Below are positions 60,639 through 64,000 of a DNA stretch of 64,000 nucleotides, piece after piece. The notes below the pieces were generated by a model. It had not been told where the DNA came from and made no database searches. It worked only from the letters and a program-made list of their open reading frames with translations. The stretch covers positions 38,564,001 to 38,628,000 of the forward strand of contig NC_135656.1 in the NCBI RefSeq assembly GCF_964188315.1. Direction: 5' to 3'. The translations under genes were made by a program, and so were the position numbers. This stretch comes from Podarcis muralis. Lineage: Eukaryota. Position 1 is the stretch's first letter; the number at the start of each line of letters is the position of its first letter.

Positions 60639-61275
60639 TGTCATGAGTCCCACAGCACTGTCAGATCAGGCCTGGGGTAGCAGGCTCTGACGGAGGAGGA
60701 GGAGGAAAAAACCAAAGGGTGGAGCTGAACTGGAGGAGCCTGGGTTGGAGGAGAAGGAGGGATCCCTCTCCCTTCCTATCCCAGCGTCAGTAGCTTTGGG
60801 AAGGCAGCTCTCTCCTCTAACTTCCCAGTGGAGGCTGGCGAGGGGCTTTGATATGTCGGGGGAATTTGAACAGGTGGTGGTAGTGACTGTACAGGGGTCT
60901 TAACAGGAGAGTCCAGTTTTGTCACCTAGAACCAGATGCTGCCTCTGCAGATGGCAGCAGACCCACCAGTCCCAATGGAGCACACTTGCTTGCAATCCCG
61001 ATATTCCCACAAGGCGAGTGAGTCTGGCAAGCAAGTGTGTCATGGCTCATTTATAAAAGCTTGGTGGGAGGTGCAGGGAAGCTTGTTGGGACATCTTGGT
61101 GACATCCATCCAGTTCTGAAGCCCTGCTCCCAAACACCTGTGTCGTGACTCCTAAGCCCTGTGTCTGGTGCCAAGCCTGTACCATAACTTGTCCAAATAA
61201 AAACCTCTTTGTTACTTCCAAGTAAAAGCCTCTGTCTGTGTGTGTTGGGTAGGAGTCAGGACCTCTCTCTGCACA
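60639..61275 (+). mobile_element. Probable solo LTR
   Basis: Begins TGTCATGAG and ends ..CTGCACA. TATAAAAG at 61052-61059 precedes AATAAA at 61196-61201, which is U3-R-U5 order. No TSD found. Confidence 0.45.
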
Positions 61276-61301
61276 TGCTTAGAAGACCTTGCTAATTTTC
61301 T

Positions 61302-61973
61302 CCCAAGGATTAAGGCTTTCTGGGAGACGATATATAATGAATTGAAAAAGGTATTTAAATATGCCTTCTTGAAGAAACCAGAGGCCTTTCTCCTGGGCAT
61401 AGTCGGCCAATCGGTGTTAAAGAAGGATAGAACTTTCTTTATGTACGCTACAACAGCAGCAAGAATACTTATTGCAAAGTATTGGAAGACACAAGACATA
61501 CCCACTCTGGAAGAATGGCAGATGAAGGTGATGGACTACATGGAATTGGCGGAAATGACTGGCAGAATCCGAGACCAGGGAGAAGAGTCAGTGGAAGAAG
61601 ACTGGAAGAAATTTAAAGACTATTTACAGAAATATTGCAAAATTAATGAATGCTAGAATGATGTTGGACTGAAATTAAGTGGTTTCTAGCTGTAATGGTA
61701 CAAAAGAATATGAAAAAAATGGTTTTTTATAAGTAAAATTTAATGTTATAATAATTTAAGATTAAAGATCAGGGTAAAATAAAGAGGGAAAGAAACTGCT
61801 GAGCTAATAAATAGAACTGAAATACAAAAAAGGGAGGTATGAGGAGGTCCGGGAAATAAGTGGTGAAAAGATTGACTGTTTTTAACTATTTTTTATTTGT
61901 ATTTTTTCTTTTTTCTTTGTCTATTTTGTAATATTGTAAAAACCCTTATAAAAAAATTATTTTTTTAAAAAAA
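61302..61973 (+). mobile_element. 5'-truncated L1-clade LINE (ORF2 C-terminus, 3' UTR, A-rich tail), young
   Basis: Uninterrupted frame PRIKAFWETIYNELKKVF..KPEAFLLG..FMYATTAARILIAKYWK..PTLEEW..DWKKFKDYL to the stop at 61656. Perfect 22-bp TSD TAGAAGACCTTGCTAATTTTCT at 61280-61301 and 61974-61995. Confidence 0.88.
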
Positions 61974-63316
61974 TAGAAGACCTTGCTAATTTTCTGTTGC
62001 ATTACATGTTGCAGAAGTGTGTCCTGGTGTGAAAATCAGGTTGTGGGACTAATTACATGAAGCCATGAATACAGCAAGATCCTGAGCAGCAAAACCAGGA
62101 GCCCCTTCGAAGGGCCACTTGCTCTGCATGAATACGATTGTGTCAGAATTGATTGCTTCCATCTTATGTTTGACAGCTGCTTTAAAACTCTTCCTTTCCT
62201 TACTCCTTAAACCCCAGATTTTTTTGTTGTTATTTAAAAGTTGTTTACAGTGCTCATAGTCCAACACAAACAGCTCAAGGACAGCAAACAATTGTAGGAG
62301 GGAGAGTTGGGGATGGGAGAAGTTAGCACACAGACCTACATCAGCTTCTGCTCTTTGGCTGCTTACCTAATCCTGTGGCCACAAGGGACTTGAACAATCC
62401 AGCAGTTCCGCTGCCAAGAACGTAGCATTACCTTGATCCCAGCACATGCTGCAAAGCTGGACAGTAATGCCACAACTAGGACTGCCGCAGGTCTCGGACT
62501 TCCTTTCACAATGGAGCCTTGTGTAGAACAGGGAATATATGCCTATTGGAATCCTAGAATCTATGCATGCAACCCACAACTGCCTCCACGCCATAGAATA
62601 GCCCACTAACATTTTATAGAGCATTCACAAAACACACCCCTCTTGTATTTTCTTTGTTCAGGTTCTGTTTCCTTCCCAGAAGCCAGAATATCCACCTCTT
62701 GACACTACGCAATAACTGCACAATTTCCCCAGGTGTGCATGGCCTCCTAAGCTGCTATCCTGAATGATTAGATTTCTCTCCCACTATGTTCTAGATTGCG
62801 TTTTACCTATTTCCTTCTCTATGGTCAATCTCTGCACTCTTTGAATCGATTCTAACCCTTTCCTTTCCAAATATCATTGCTTTCATTTCCCTTTTTTTCT
62901 CCCCCACTTTACTTCGCAGTGAGGGGAGGAGTGCGTGACGATAGGAGCCCATTAAACCCTCACCATGCAGCTCGCCAAGGAAAATCACCTCCTAACATTT
63001 GGAGATGGTGAAGAGGGGAGTACTACTTGGCTACAAAGCATTAGATGTCTGGAAGCAGAGTTACTATTCCGCTTCCAGCTTAAAGCAGAACAACAACTGA
63101 GCGCTGCTAAATCATCCACATCTGGAAGCACCCTACATGGCCAGAGACAGAGGCTGATTTCAGACTGTTGCTAAGTTATGGGGAGATTCAGTGGCATACC
63201 AGCAAATGCAGTTGCATAATTAAAGTGGATTTGGCGCTATTTCACAACAAGCGTATTTCCAAAATAAATAAATAAATCACTTTTTGTGGTGAGGAAAATG
63301 ATAGAAAAATGAACTG

Positions 63317-63354
63317 CTTGACATGACATCGTAATTACTTGACATGACATCGTA
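63317..63354. repeat. 17-bp direct repeat with 21-bp period (CTTGACATGACATCGTA x2)
   Basis: Seen directly at 63317-63333 and 63338-63354. Confidence 0.9.
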
Positions 63355-63479
63355 TAATTTCCTTGAAAACAAAACAGAATCAGTGACTGGTAGCGAATGT
63401 CATATAACCACTCTGCAAACTTGTGCAGATCTGGATAAACGTTGAATAAACAGGTCATCCAGAAGCAACCTATCCAAGT

Positions 63480-63486
<7 letters not shown>

Positions 63487-63536
<50 letters not shown>
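63487..63536. repeat. (TA)25 microsatellite
   Basis: Counted directly. Confidence 0.95.
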
Positions 63537-63541
<5 letters not shown>

Positions 63542-63582
63542 GCAGAAGTGATGCCTCTAGAACACAACGTGCAATTTATGTA

Positions 63583-63824
63583 CAGTGGTACCTCGGGTTA
63601 AGAACTTAATTTGTTCTGGAGGTCTGTTCTTAACCTGAAACTGTTCTTAACCTGAAGCACCACTTTAGCTAATGGGGCCTCCTGCTGCCACTGTGCTGCC
63701 GGAGCATGATTTCTGTTTTCATCCTGAAGCAAAGTTCTTAACCCAAGGTAATATTTCTGGGTTAGTGGAGTCTGTAACCTGAAGCGTATGTAACCTGAAG
63801 CATCTGTAACCCAAGATACCACTG
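63583..63824. mobile_element. pogo/Tigger-like MITE, copy 4
   Basis: TA|CAGTGGTACCTCGGGTTA...AAGATACCACTG|TA, 242 bp. Confidence 0.92.
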
Positions 63825-64000
63825 TACTCTGTTTCAGGGGTAACTAAACTTTTCAGCCTGAGGATCACATTTCAAGTTGTTCAACCATAGGGGGCTGCAT
63901 TGCAACAGTGATCATAGTGAAAATGGTCACTGCATATGCTCGTGTTATTGCAGGCTTGTACTGCACTCACAACACATACACACCACACAGTCTCCTTGAT

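Overview
This looks like non-coding vertebrate genomic DNA, either a large intron or an intergenic region. The repeat content points to a squamate reptile, most likely a lacertid lizard (inferred from Sauria-type and Squam3-type SINEs). I found no host protein-coding gene, rRNA, functional tRNA or CRISPR array that I can support. Nearly all ORFs in the track are chance frames or translations of repeats. The window is a layered mix of mobile elements: six Sauria SINEs in two subfamilies; three young CORE/MIR-derived SINEs; several tRNA-Ala-type SINEs; two short SINEs with different tRNA heads on one CR1-type tail; four pogo/Tigger-like MITEs; hAT MITEs with 8-bp TSDs; small palindromic Harbinger-like MITEs; and CR1, L2 and RTE fragments. 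It also holds a young 5'-truncated L1-clade copy with a perfect 22-bp TSD, a DIRS/Ngaro-like remnant and a probable solo LTR. The most interesting items are a Penelope-like inverted repeat with a degenerate hammerhead-ribozyme core inside a nested MITE cluster (23.0-23.9 kb), the tRNA head-swap SINE pair, and an unexplained 94-bp hairpin at 19.1 kb. I see no evidence of a major new system. Family names come from my recollection of consensus sequences and need a Dfam/Repbase check. Boundaries of old, degraded copies are approximate.
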